A stretch of DNA of 52,563 nt, counting the filler, from Bipalium vagum (lineage: Eukaryota), in assembly GCA_037834085.1 (NCBI GenBank). It is 3 parts of 3 records of this genome, joined end to end, with 100 filler letters (N's around TTAATTAATTAA, not from the genome) between each part and the next. Parts side by side here need not be neighbours in the genome. Positions count along the whole stretch, not along the records: positions 18,897 to 35,127 come from JBBMKC010121484.1; positions 35,228 to 52,563 come from JBBMKC010070731.1; 1 more part is not named here. One strand, written 5' to 3'. The translations under genes were made by a program, and so were the position numbers. The notes below the pieces were generated by a model that saw nothing but the letters and a program-made list of their open reading frames with translations, made no database searches and had not been told where the DNA came from. Shown here one piece after another: positions 24,145-36,571 of the stretch (position 1 is its first letter; every line of letters begins with the position of its first letter).

Positions 24145-27100
24145 TATATATACAACATACAATAAATAATAAATGTGAACTAAATAATTTTTCAGCCGTC
24201 TTGTTTCAAAGAATCAAAGACTAGTTTCGGCATTAGAAAATATTAAAAATCTTCACAATAATATGTGGCTCCATACTTATTAATTAACTATGTTTCAACA
24301 TATATTTCGATTTTTTAATAAGATCAAACGTAGTCTAAAAGTCAAAACAAACGCTCAGTTTTGAATTTCAAATTATAAAAATGTTTCATTAAATCCTTGA
24401 AATAGATTTTTTCAAAACATTTATAAAGAAAATCGAGAAACTGAAATATATTAGAGATTAATTTGAACATTTATTAAAAAAATTCAGAAAAACTTTATTT
24501 ATTTATATTTAATTGTGAAAACTTTGGGGACACCCTTTAATCATCAATAATTTATTATATTATTATCTTAAAGAAAATTTAATTAAAATTAATGAAATTC
24601 AGTCGAATTCAAACTGAAATCTTTCACTTTTAATTTGGAGAGCTATTATCAAAATTTCAATCAGTAAAGTCATTTAATAGTAAGGATTCCATTGAAATCA
24701 TTGAGTACAATAATAATAAAGTGCAATATATAAAATTAAACAATATAGAGCGGAAGCAATGTAAAATGAAAAAACTATTCGTATTGACAGGTATAAATAT
24801 AAATAATCAATAAATCTGAGAAGTTAATTTTATAAATTTAATTTAATTTATTAAGGAAAGCTTTTATAGAAAAATAAAATGAGATTTTAGATTGGTATTA
24901 CAACTAAAAATGCATAATTATTCATTTGGCAATATTTAATATTTCCCACTTTACTGTTTTCATTTAATAAAATCGATTATATATAAATAATAATATTTGA
25001 AGCAGAAAATATCATAAATCAATGTATCTTACAGAAGATTAATAATTAAGTTTAAGTATAAATAATAAGTTAAATAAATAAATTAATTAATCGAACTTGT
25101 GAGATTTGGAAAAGGAATTGATAAATGAAAGATATTAATCTTAGTAATTTTATTTAATTTAAAAAATTACCTTAGATTATTTTTAATGTCTTATGAATTT
25201 TTTAGAATGAGCATTTGAAACTATGAGAGGTCTAGTGAATTATTAATTATGCAGGAGAGATTTTAAATATTTAAAAAAAGTAATGTACAATAAATTTAGT
25301 AAATTTATTTTTGATTCACTTTTATTTTGTTTTTTCACAAAAAACTAAATCAACGTAAAGAAAATACAATTTTTTATTTAATTCTTTTATTTATACTGAT
25401 TAAAAATTTAATTTTTTATATGACGCCCAAATCTATACTTTAATTTTATAAATTTTTCCTCATTTCCAAGATATTGCTATGAGATAACTATTTATTTATT
25501 GGTTTGTTATAAAAATTATCATTATAATTTTTTATTATTATTATCATTAATGATTATTATTATTTATATTATTATTTATTTATTAATACTTATATTATTA
25601 TTATTTATATGACAAGCTAAGTTTAATTTAACTTTCAAAAATCGAATATTAGTGAATTTTAAAATATTTTCTTTTAATAAATTTCCTTTCAATTTATAAA
25701 TATATTAAGTCTTAAAACGTCTATTGTGTATGTGTTAAAAATAAGCTTCATCATTAAACTATAAATAAAAAGATACATTATTCAAAGTAGTAGGTCCCGT
25801 TAGCAATGGATTTCTCATATATATGAGGAGCCTGAATAATTAACAACAAAGAAAATGGTAACAGATTAGTCTTGTGAATAAGTCACACTTCTTAACGACA
25901 CTCCTTTAACATTTCCTGGACATCGTTTGTAATATATAATTAAATATATAAAAATAAATAAAAACTACTGAAAGAACAAATGTGAATTTAAAAAAATGTA
26001 AATTTAAAGTGAAACATGTTTAGATAATTTACTGAAAAATATGTTAATAATTGGTTTTAAATGTAAGTTATCATTATTAATGTTTATAAATGTTATAGGT
26101 ATTTAAAAATCTTACTATTATACTATATTAAATTATTATTTTTTGTATTTTATTGTTTTTTTTAATTCAAGATTGATTAAGAATTCGTGGTTAAAATATA
26201 GGATCAGATTTATTCTTAATAGTAATTGTGAAGTACACAGTAAAATAATATAATAGAAAATATCCACTATCATCTTTTTAACACACTGGCAAATTTTGAA
26301 ACAAAATATAATCGGGTAATTATTTATTATTTATTAATATTCAGAGAAACAAAACAAAACTATTCAACAAAAAGTGATAGACCAATAAAAACCAAAGAAA
26401 AACTGCAATCCTACTTGATGGATAATTATTAGCTCGAATTTAACAGGTGCATCCCATAATTGACTACTGTTTCTCCGTTTTAGTATTTAAGAGTGAAATG
26501 ACAATCGGGTTTTATATTTTATATTAATATATTGACTAATTTTATTTGAAGATGAAATCAATATTTTTCCTGCTTTTCGTACTATTCAGCTTTGTCCACT
26601 CTAAATATTTTCAAGACAATGGTATGTTGAACTTATTATTTACATCTTGTTAATTAAATCTCTGTTTTCGTCATTAACAGTACATTAATATGAGAACAGT
26701 CTTTCAAATATTGATGAAATTAGAAATTATTTATTTAATTTAAAAATTGACGAAAAGATAAATTTATAAATTAAAAACTAGTTTCCCGTAAATTTTATTA
26801 TAAGGTTTATAAAGGTTTTTCTACGTGTACTTGGCATTCTTTACATACATATTTCATAATATTTAATAATAATTATTTCAATTATAGGAAAAATTTAATT
26901 TATTATGAATATATATTGAAAAATATTTATGTTGGATGAAAAAATAATTTTATTACTTAGCTTTCTGTTAATTATATTTTAAATCTTTACTAATTAACAT
27001 TGTTCAACTAAATTAATAATATAAACAACAGTTTATGATGAGTACATTTTATAAAAATTATATTTATTATAATACTAATTTGATGTTTCCATCCTTACAT

Positions 27101-27319
27101 TTCAGATTGTCTTTACTAAATTTATGTATATATGAGGTAACGAACTAAGTACTTTAGTTTTTTCAGTTGTTTAAATTTGATAGTCCCTGGGATTCTCATT
27201 TATCTACCGATTTAAATTTTCTTTGTTTTAGTTTGCTGCTTAAACATGTAAGTTTCAAATCTACTGTATAATTAATGTTATTAACCATTATCCTCTGGAA
27301 TAGGTGCTTCAAAAGTTCA

Positions 27320-28342
27320 CTGGACAATGCACAAATTTGAGCAATTATTTATGACGATTGGAAAAATAACACAAGCACAAATGAAACTGTCTCAAAACTT
27401 AACGAGGTGCTTCGTGGAGGAACAATGAAACTGCGAACAGTGCATAGTTGGATCAAAAAATTCAATAGTGGCGATTTTTCATTGGAAGACAAAGAGAGGT
27501 CTGAAAGCCCAAAAGAGTTGGAGGATTATCAAATTATGGACCTTCTTGAACAAAACAGATCAATTAGTGCTAAACAAATCGCTTCTGAGTTAAATATAAC
27601 CGATACAGCCATAAGAAACCAACTGAAAGCGTTAGGATTCACTTGTAAACTCGACCAATGGGTTCCCCATCAAGTAGCTGAAAAAAACAAGTTGGATCGC
27701 ATTGGAATTTGTTCAAGACTTCTCGAAAGAAACCGAAATGATCCTTTTCTCGATAGGATAGTCACTTGCGATGAAAAGTGGATCTATCATGACAGCATAA
27801 CCAGATGAAGATAGTGGTATTTGAAAGGAGAGCCTCCGCACAAAATTGAAAAACGCAACCTTACACGAAACAAGGTTCTTTTATGCATTTGGGGGATTCT
27901 CATGGAATTATTTATCATGAGTTTCTCAAATCCGAGGAAACCACTAATTCTGATGTCTATTGTGACATGCTTGTTCATTGTTCATATTGTTCATGCCATT
28001 ATGAAGGAAAACCGGAGCAGTTTGATAAACCAAAAACAAGTGATTTTCCACCAAGATAATGCCAAGCCTCACAAATCAATGAAGACATTGAAGGTTTTTC
28101 AGGAATTGAACTGGACTCTAATGGAACATCCGCCATATAGTCCCTATATCACCCCATCCAATTTCCGGGTATTACAGAATCACTTGATGGGTAAAAATTC
28201 TAAGAGTTCAGAAGGTATAAAGAATGAAGTACTTTCTTTCTTTCATTCAAAAGATCGAAATTTCTTTAATACTGGGATCAATAAACTTCTAAATAGATGG
28301 GAGGCAGTAATAGAAAAAGATGGAGAATATCTGGATGATTAA
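27320..28342 (+). mobile_element. Mariner (DD34D) transposase pseudogene, near full length
   Basis: QWVPHQ, IVTCDEKWIYHD, KVLLCIWG, FHQDNAKPH, HPPYSPYITPSNF, GINKLLNRWEAVIEKDGEY; stop at 27806-27808 and frameshifts. TIRs too decayed to call. Confidence 0.92.
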
Positions 28343-28485
28343 TTGTTTAATGATGTTTTATGATTAATAAGTTAAATTTAAATTCATTCTTAGTTTAGTT
28401 TTTAATTAAAAAACGAAAAAACTTATATAATATCTTATTAGTAAAATGTTTTTCTTTGTCTGAGTATTTGTAATTTTCGTTAGAT

Positions 28486-28705
28486 CATCGGTTCTCAACT
28501 TTTTTTTCTAGGGTGACCCATTTTCCCATTTCAAGATGTTGGCGACCCCAAAGAAAATCATTATTAATAATAATAATAATAACTCATAACTCACCATATT
28601 TAATAAAACCAATTTGCAACAAGTTAATAATAATAATTCGGCGACTCCTTTAAAAATGCTTGCTAACCCCATTTGGGATCTTGACACCGGGGTTGAGAAC
28701 CACTG
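28486..28705. mobile_element. hAT (Buster/Charlie) MITE, 220 bp
   Basis: TIRs CATCGGTTCTCAAC / GTTGAGAACCACTG, internal GACCC subterminal repeats, degenerate 8-bp TSD CGTTAGAT / TGTTAGAC. Confidence 0.85.
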
Positions 28706-29149
28706 TGTTAGACAATTAAATAATATATAATGTTTGAAACTTTCAAAATATTTTCATAAACTTTTATAAAAATCTGTAGTCACTTATCCACGTTGACTCT
28801 CCAGTTCAACAGTTATTCAAGTTTATATTCATTGAGTTTGTCCTCATCCAAACTTATACTCATCTAACGTAATCACACTAGGGATATATGCTGAGAGTGG
28901 AAGCAGATTTTTAAAACGTTTCATCACCTTTTCCTCATTGAAGAGTGTAATATGGTGAGTTGTCTATTTAGAACAAAACAGCCCAATGAATGTTTTCCTA
29001 CAATATTTCCTTTTATATGATTAATCTTTAACAATAAGTAATTGGTATGATTTTGTTTAGTAATTGATAAGTTTTGATCTTGTATAAGCTTTACATTTTT
29101 CGTCCGCGGAAATTATTAATTTTTTCGGTATCTAAGGTCCACCGTATAT

Positions 29150-29810
29150 GAAATTATGCAAAAGTATTTTGCTTTTAATATGTCCGAAGTAGATCCTGCT
29201 AATCCAGTAAAGAAGATTCAGGTAACAGAGAGGAAGGCAAGGATACAAAAATTTATCCAAAGAACCGAAAACCTAATCAGTCATATTAAACGTCAGTAAA
29301 ACGTCCATGTGTCGAGTGGCTGAACAGGACCTCATATGATTCATAAACTTTAAAAATGCGAAAGATAATACCTGAAGCTATCGAATAGAAAAGAATTATC
29401 CACTGAAAATTGATTTTGTTCTCATTAAAGCACGAAGCTACTTGTCGTCTCAGGTTTTTCTCTGACGAGAAGATTTTTACCTTAGATGCCAAATTGAACA
29501 GACGAAAAAAACAGTGGTTGTTCACGATCCCAAAGTCGCTCTGCAGTAGATCGAACAACATTTTCTGCAAGCCTTCATCTATTAGATCTTATTTAAAGTA
29601 ATATTAATGTAATTCCATCATATTTCTTTGCATCTGGCGAGAAAATTACAAAGGATATCTACCTTGGGGTTCTGGTAACCATAGTACAGGCTTGGATCAC
29701 TGCTGTAGTTGTTGGAAAGTCATGTCTTTCAACAAGATGGTGCATCCATTAAAACCAGAACTTTAGTAAAAATAGTTATGTTAATTTTGACATGTTTTGT
29801 CTTAAGAAAT
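29150..29810 (+). mobile_element. maT (DD37D) transposase relic
   Basis: LRFFSDEKIFTLDAKLNRR, GEKITKDIYLGVL, FQQDGAS. Confidence 0.7.
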
Positions 29811-29974
29811 TAGTAAATCAGATCTTCAAGTAGCTATTTGGACAGGCAGCAGCTGAAGAAAGCTGCTTTTTATATAAATTTTTAAAATAATAAAATATAT
29901 TATCGAAAAAAACATTTAAAAATTTGAAAAAATCAATTGTATATAGATTTTTATCACTTTATGTTTTGAGTTCC

Positions 29975-30360
29975 TTCCAAGGAATACAACTATCATTTCG
30001 ATTGTGTATTGTCGGTAATTGGACAGTTTGAACAAAGCTATCATTCAGACGTCCAGAATTCGTTAACTCAAAAAGAGTTGTGTTCCATCTTGACAATAAA
30101 AAACTATACATAAGTGTGATGAACCGTCAAAAAATATTGCAGTGTGGATGAGACGTGTTGCCACACTAGTCATATTTACCTGACCTTGCGCTATTAGACT
30201 TTTATTTATTTCTCCCTTCAAAATTCTATGTCCGTTATACGGTTCAATTCAGATGAGGCTTTAAAGCAGCACATTGTTCAATTTTTTGACAAAAAGATAA
30301 GTCCTTCTATGAAAGAGAAATTTTGAAGCTTAGCAAAGGATGAGAAAAGGTCATTTAATA
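29975..30360 (+). mobile_element. Mariner 3' fragment
   Basis: VVFHLDNKK, W*DVLPH*SYLPDLALLDFYLF. Confidence 0.7.
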
Positions 30361-30371
30361 AAAAGTAACGC

Positions 30372-31060
30372 ATGAAACTGACTGATTTTGTTTTATTCAT
30401 AGATATATAAACTTAGAAAAATGATAAATCTGGTGTTAAACATTTTCAATTAAAAGGTATTTCGTATACAACAATTTATCGGGTTATCTAAAGATTCAAA
30501 ACAGTTTTACCATGTGAGGAAAAGGAAAAAAACAAATCGTTCACCAGAATTAAGCAAGAAGCAAAACCTAAAAAATGTCATTGCAAGATGTTTGACGTTG
30601 ACATGTATCAAGTAAAAGACATATGCAAGAAAAAATTGAAAGTGCTAGGTTTGTAATATTATAAGCGATAAAATCTTTACATTACGACAAATAAATCGAA
30701 CAAATAAGAAATGTCGAAAAGTACGGTACGAGATAACTGATTACAAAACTTTCATGAATGCGACCGCTTATACCAAAAAATGTTTAACTAAACTAATGAA
30801 AATTTTAAAACATCATGATAATGATAAATATATCACTTGGCCAGATTTAGGCAGCTTCCATTACATCAAAGAAACAAAACATTATTTAAATGACTATAAA
30901 GTACCATTTGTGACAACAAACTCAACCCCCTAATGTTCCCAAAGCTCGACAATCGAATACTTTTGGAGATTCGTGACTAAACAGGTGTAAAGTAGAAATT
31001 GTGAAGTTAAAAATCTGTAGCAGTTAATTAATTAAAAAAAAATCTCCATTGAAGAAATTT
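30372..31060 (+). mobile_element. Tc1/IS630-superfamily relic (possibly DD37E-like)
   Basis: KGISYTTIYRVI HTH, YITWPDLGSFHY, NPPNVPKAR..EYFW. Confidence 0.6.
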
Positions 31061-31395
31061 GTGGAGACTTCCTCCATTTGGCAGACAAGTCCCTACAAAA
31101 GTACAGAAGAACAAGATGAAAGAAACCTAAAAGAAAAAAAACTAAGCAAAAAAGACCCTGTCAAACAAAAAGGCAGAAATAAATAATCTTTCTATAGCGA
31201 AGAATAATTTTAATTTTGACTCGATCCATCCCTTTTTATATTTCATTTTAATCTTTAGTGCTTGCGATTATCAAAATTAATATACACGATGTAGTTATTT
31301 TGTTTTTACTGTGATTTTATTTTTTACTGTGGAATGGTATGTTAAAATTTTTAAGCTCGGAAATAATAATAAAAATCATTAATATAAATAATATA

Positions 31396-32963
31396 CAGTA
31401 TATAGACAATGATGTAAGTACTTGGAAAACGAGATATTATAAATGTTCCTATGATCAAATGATCAACAAGATTAATTCAACTAAGTTATATTACAATTAA
31501 TTTTTTAAGAATTACAAACTTTTAGTACACAGATTTAAATTATGTAAAAATAAATAACGTAAAACAATCAAAACTTGACACATTTATTTAGTTCAGATGA
31601 ACAGTTTTAATATTTTTAAAAAAATATTAACATTTTTTTTTATTTTTAATATTTAGAGTCAAAAGACTCTAATAACAGCTGCGATCCGTTTGGTTATTGA
31701 TTCCAAAAGTTTCTTGAGAAATTCCTGAGGGGTAATATCATATTCTTCCTTAAAAAATAATTTCATTTCTTCAACGTTTCTGAGTCCCCATTTTCCTACC
31801 CTAACTTTAATATTTGCCCAAAAAAGCTCAATAATATTAAGATCAGGTAACTGTTAAAGTCAATCTAATGTTTCAATTTTATTGTCAACCAACAATTTCT
31901 TGTTAATTGCAGCTGTATGCTTCGGATCGTTATATTGCTGGAAGATAAGTCGACGCCTGAGTCCCGCATTACTAGCTGATTGAGCCAAACTCATGACCAA
32001 AATATTATTGTAAAATTCCTTGTCATAATGCCATCTATGAATTGAAAATTATCCATTCCATTTCCAGAAACTGATCCCCAAACTGAAATACAAGTACCTC
32101 CACGTTTTACTGTTGATTGAGTGCATTGTGATATCAATTTGCCAAGTCATAATGATTCCGTCAGATCCTAATTGATTAAGTTTTGTTTCATCGAACCACA
32201 GAACTGCTTTTCACTCTTCTAATATTTATTTGAAATATTTTATTCTCCAAACGTATCTCTTCTTTCGGTTGACACTTCTACTCAGTGGTTTTTATTTAGC
32301 TATTTTATTTGTTAAACCTCCTTCAGCCTTCTCAAAGTTTTTGAACATATGTTAATATTTAACTCAGATGATAACTCTTCTTTTAATTTATGTAGAAATC
32401 ATCGCCTATTAATAACAGTCTTCCTCAGAATGACTTGATCTTGTCTCTCTGACGTGCATCCCAGGCTTTGACTTAATAGCTAGTGTTCCAGTTTTAGTTA
32501 GTTTTTTGCAATATTCTTCGAAGGCATCATATTTTATTTGAAAAATACAATCTTATCGTGAATCTCGTGTGGTATTGGTTTGCCCCTCATTTCGCATATA
32601 TCAAGAAATAATAATAATTATAAAATTTTAAAATATCTACAAAATATGATTTTAAAACGAAATATTACTTACCGATAATTAGTTATATCCTCAATTTTTC
32701 ATAGATTTATAAATATATACTTAGTAAAATCAGTTGAAGTGCATTTTATTAGTTTCATTATTAACACAAAAAACCGAAAATGTTAGACTTAAAACAGTAT
32801 ATTTCTTAAGTAGCAAGCCAAATAAAATATTTAAACTCGCAACATAATTTCACATTTGTTTTCCATTTGTGTGCAACAGATTATAAAATTGCAAGAATTA
32901 TTGTAAGTAGTGAACACAATAGCTTACATTACATAAATTACTTACTTCATTGTCCATATACTG
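31396..32963 (-). mobile_element. Tc1 (DD34E) element with both ends, decayed transposase (ATG 32590)
   Basis: TA-flanked TIRs CAGTATATAGACAATGATGTAAGTA / CAGTATATGGACAATGAAGTAAGTA. Motifs VLWFDETK, TVKRGGTCISVWG, IFQQYNDPKHT, QLPDLNIIELFW. Confidence 0.92.
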
Positions 32964-33910
32964 TAACCATAATTTTTTAATAAAATGAGTAATAAATCAC
33001 AGCGAAGGAAATCAATTTGGAAGAATATATGAGAGACGAAGGGCTAAATATTTTTCAAATTGAGAATGTTATAAACTTTATATATATAGATTATGTGCAT
33101 TATTATAATAAAATTAATTTTTATTAATGAATATTAAACAAAACATGCAGCATTAATAATAAACGGTTAAACTTCGGCTTAGACTCGTTTTGTTTAAGCT
33201 GGTCATTTGTGGGATATTTTATGAATTAATTGGATGAAATAGTTGATGTTCTTGGATATTTTTAGAATATTTTGTCGAAAGAAGCTTTAATGGAAGCATG
33301 ATATTATTTAAATAACAAGAATAAATAATCACTGGAATTAAAATATAAATTAAAATTTTATTCATATTTTATAAATGTATATTTTTTTAATGTACACTTT
33401 CAAAGAACTAGTAAACATGTACAATATAATTAAGTGTTAATTCATAAAGCATGTATACTTTTTAAGATATTAAAATATATTTTAAAATATTTGAATAATC
33501 TGGTATAAACCAAATTTGCTCCTAATAGAGTTATTAAATATTCTTAGTAATATATATATATAATTTAATATATAAATGTTAATAATAAAAATATTTCAAT
33601 TTCAAAATTCTTTTATAATATTCTGTAATATTTCGACATTTCGAAAAATATGAAAGCCTTAAAGTTTCCAAATCTGCAAAAATTAAATATTTTGTCATGT
33701 TTAAGGAAGAATAATAAAATTACTTAAATATTTTGTACTTTGGTCATAATATCAAAATAATTTAATTTTAAAAACGTGAATATAAAGCCAAAAAATTAAC
33801 TATAAGAACATATGTTGTAAATAATTAGAAAAAGTAAAGCATAATTATTAAAATCTTACAAGACTTTCAGAATTTGATATTCACTTCTTAAATGAATGAA
33901 ATTTCATATA

Positions 33911-35045
33911 TGGGTTGCGTGAAAAGTCTTTAGCCTAGAAATGAAATAATCTAAAAAAAACATTTATTATTCAACATAATCTCCTGACAATCCAATAATC
34001 CTATTCACATGTCTAAAATACGAATCTGGAATATCTCGAAAGTATTGATTTACAGCTGTCTCAACTTCCTCATTTGATGCAAAAACCCTGGCACAACGGA
34101 ATTGATTAAGGGGCCAAATCTGGAGAATGTGATGGGTCTTTAATAATTTTGAAATTTAATTTGTCTCGTTTTGTCATTGTCCTGATGAAAAATGATTTTT
34201 TCTTTTTCAATTCAGGTCTTTTTATACGAATGCTTTCCACCAATTGATTAAATAGATAAGTATTATAATTGGAATTGATTTTTTAAAAATTTCTAGATAA
34301 TCGATCATCAAAATACCCTTCGGATCCCATAACCTTCCTCACTGATTGTTCTCTCTTTGGCTGCTTGAGAACGGAGCATCCTGACTTTGCCCACTACAAA
34401 CATTCTTTTTTTAATTTAGGATCTTGATGATAAATCCAAGTCTCATATTCAGTTATGAACCAACTGATAAAATCAGTTTTATTCTTCCTAAATTGATTCA
34501 AAAATTCTTCTGAAAATTTGTTTCTCATGAGTCTTTGTTGCATTATTAACGAATATGGCACTACTTTTCTGAAAATCTTTTTCATATTTAAATCATATTT
34601 CAAAATATGACGTACACTTTCATCAGAGATTCAAATTGTTTGAGCTACTTCACAAGTAGTTATGCTAGATTTCTTCAACAATTTATGTTTTGGGTTCACC
34701 ACTACGATGATCATCTTCAATCGATGTACTACTAGATTTAAATGCAGTGACACAATTTTTACTGTTGCATGGGAAAGAGTACTTTTACCCAATACATCAA
34801 CTATATCTGAATGAATTCCTTTCATGAATAATTCTTTATTGAATAAATTTTCAATCACTGTACGATTTTTCAAATTTTCCATTCTAAAAATAAATAACGT
34901 TATACACATTTAAAAGAAGAATCAATTTATAGATTCATTTGATATTGTACGTGGATATTTTTAATAGATGGATTAATTAATTACACATAGTTTTCCCTAA
35001 AATCACTGCCATTTATGTAAAAGGCTAAACTTTTCATGCAACCTA
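33911..35045 (-). mobile_element. Mariner element with both TIRs, decayed
   Basis: TA-flanked TGGGTTGCGTGAAAAGTCTTTAGCCT / TAGGTTGCATGAAAAGTTTAGCCT. MENLKNRTVIENLF..., FITEYETWIYHQDP, WDPKGILMIDYL, HSPDLAP. Confidence 0.9.
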
Positions 35046-35127
35046 TATAAACAGGGTCTTCCAAAAGAAGCTTTACTACTTTTAACATATTAAATACTAA
35101 GTAGTTTTTGTTTAAATAAATTAATAT

Positions 35128-35227
35128 NNNNNNNNNNNNNNNNNNNNNNNNNNNNNNNNNNNNNNNNNNNNTTAATTAATTAANNNNNNNNNNNNNNNNN
35201 NNNNNNNNNNNNNNNNNNNNNNNNNNN
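35128..35227. other. Artificial contig-join spacer (N44-TTAATTAATTAA-N44)
   Basis: Same 100-nt structure as 18797-18896. Confidence 0.95.
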
Positions 35228-35539
35228 ATTTTTATTTTAATTTTTAATGGCACAATATATTAATTTATTAAGAATGGAAAATTTGTTTAAGTATTATTGT
35301 TTTACGAGTCTTTCAAAAATGTATTGTTCAAAATGACTAACTTTGTTGATATCACAGCTAACAATAATATTAATAATAATAATAATGATAACAATAAAAG
35401 TGATAAGAATAAATAATAAATAATAATAATTATTATTATTATAAATTACTTAAATAAATAAACCAGGGAATTAAATAAGGAAGTGCAACTGTTACCAAAA
35501 TAAATAATGAAACGAGAGACATAAAATAAGTGTTTATTG

Positions 35540-36260
35540 CAATATTTTCCATTGTGATGGGGCGCACTTGCCGATGTCGAATGTTTTGCACTTTAATTGG
35601 TATTGTACTTTAGGACAATTATAATTATCAAAGAAAATTTTAATTAAACGAAGATCTGTGCAGCAGAAAGCAATTATGGAAATGAAGCCAAAGATTGTTT
35701 CGTCAAAAAGTCGTATTTTCTCATTAAAAATTATAACAAAGAGGATTCCGGGAGACAAGATTATCAAATCTTGTCTGAGAGCAGTTTATTCTTCTCCAGA
35801 GTTATGGAAATTTTCTGAGAGCATCTACCAGTACAATCCACAGATGATTCCTAAACACTCCTGAGTACGTGAAAATCATTTCCCTTTCCATCTGTCCCAT
35901 TTTTTTCTTTTACTTTGCTTCTTATGCTTTTCATTCGTCTTATTTTTAATTCCTCCCTAAAATCATTTGAGAATATTTACATAATTTCTGAATATGCAGC
36001 CTTTATTCGTCGTTTACTGAACCACAACTGCCTTACCAAACCAATTATATATTTTGGATTCCTGACAGGTTCCATGCAAACAAAGAGGTCCGATCACTGA
36101 TATACTTATACTTAGAAGATTTTTAACTTTTCATTTTCCCCCTGTAATTATTTATTGGTAGACAATGATTCCTGGTATTTTTATTTCCCAAAGAAGTCTT
36201 GTAAAGAATTCACAATGTGTGACACCTAAACTATATCAAGCCCCTAAGTCGGATATATTA
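35540..36260 (-). mobile_element. Possible Gypsy/Ty3 integrase relic
   Basis: YSGVFRNHLWIVLVDALRKFP resembles the rve start (YAGPF..HMWL.LVDAYSKFP), with RLLWE upstream; very degraded. Confidence 0.4.
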
Positions 36261-36312
36261 AGTTTTGTGAACAAAATCCGACAGTATTATCAATTTTTAA
36301 AAATTAAGAAAA

Positions 36313-36463
36313 NNNNNNNNNNNNNNNNNNNNNNNNNNNNNNNNNNNNNNNNNNNNNNNNNNNNNNNNNNNNNNNNNNNNNNNNNNNNNNNNNNNNNNNN
36401 NNNNNNNNNNNNNNNNNNNNNNNNNNNNNNNNNNNNNNNNNNNNNNNNNNNNNNNNNNNNNNN
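36313..36463. other. Scaffold gap (151 N)
   Basis: Run of N with no linker. Confidence 0.97.
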
Positions 36464-36571
36464 TTAGAAATGAAAACTTTTGTAAAGAAGGTATTTTTAA
36501 AGCTTTTGGACCATTTATTGAACATTTCCCTGTGGATCAAAAAATTAAGAAAACCCCTATTCCTTTCGAAC

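Noticed and set aside
25520-25610. (ATT)n / (AAT)n tracts (also about 14090-14180 and 35365-35445)
   Set aside because: Ordinary degenerate microsatellites in an AT-rich genome.
36108-36142. GENEKLKIF on the minus strand as the missing CNDP2 last exon (SQNEKL-like)
   Set aside because: It hits a stop immediately, lacks the preceding DDGAH segment and lies within probable retroelement debris.
36165-36540. ORFs 36165-36467 and 36304-36540
   Set aside because: Their length comes from reading through the N gap.
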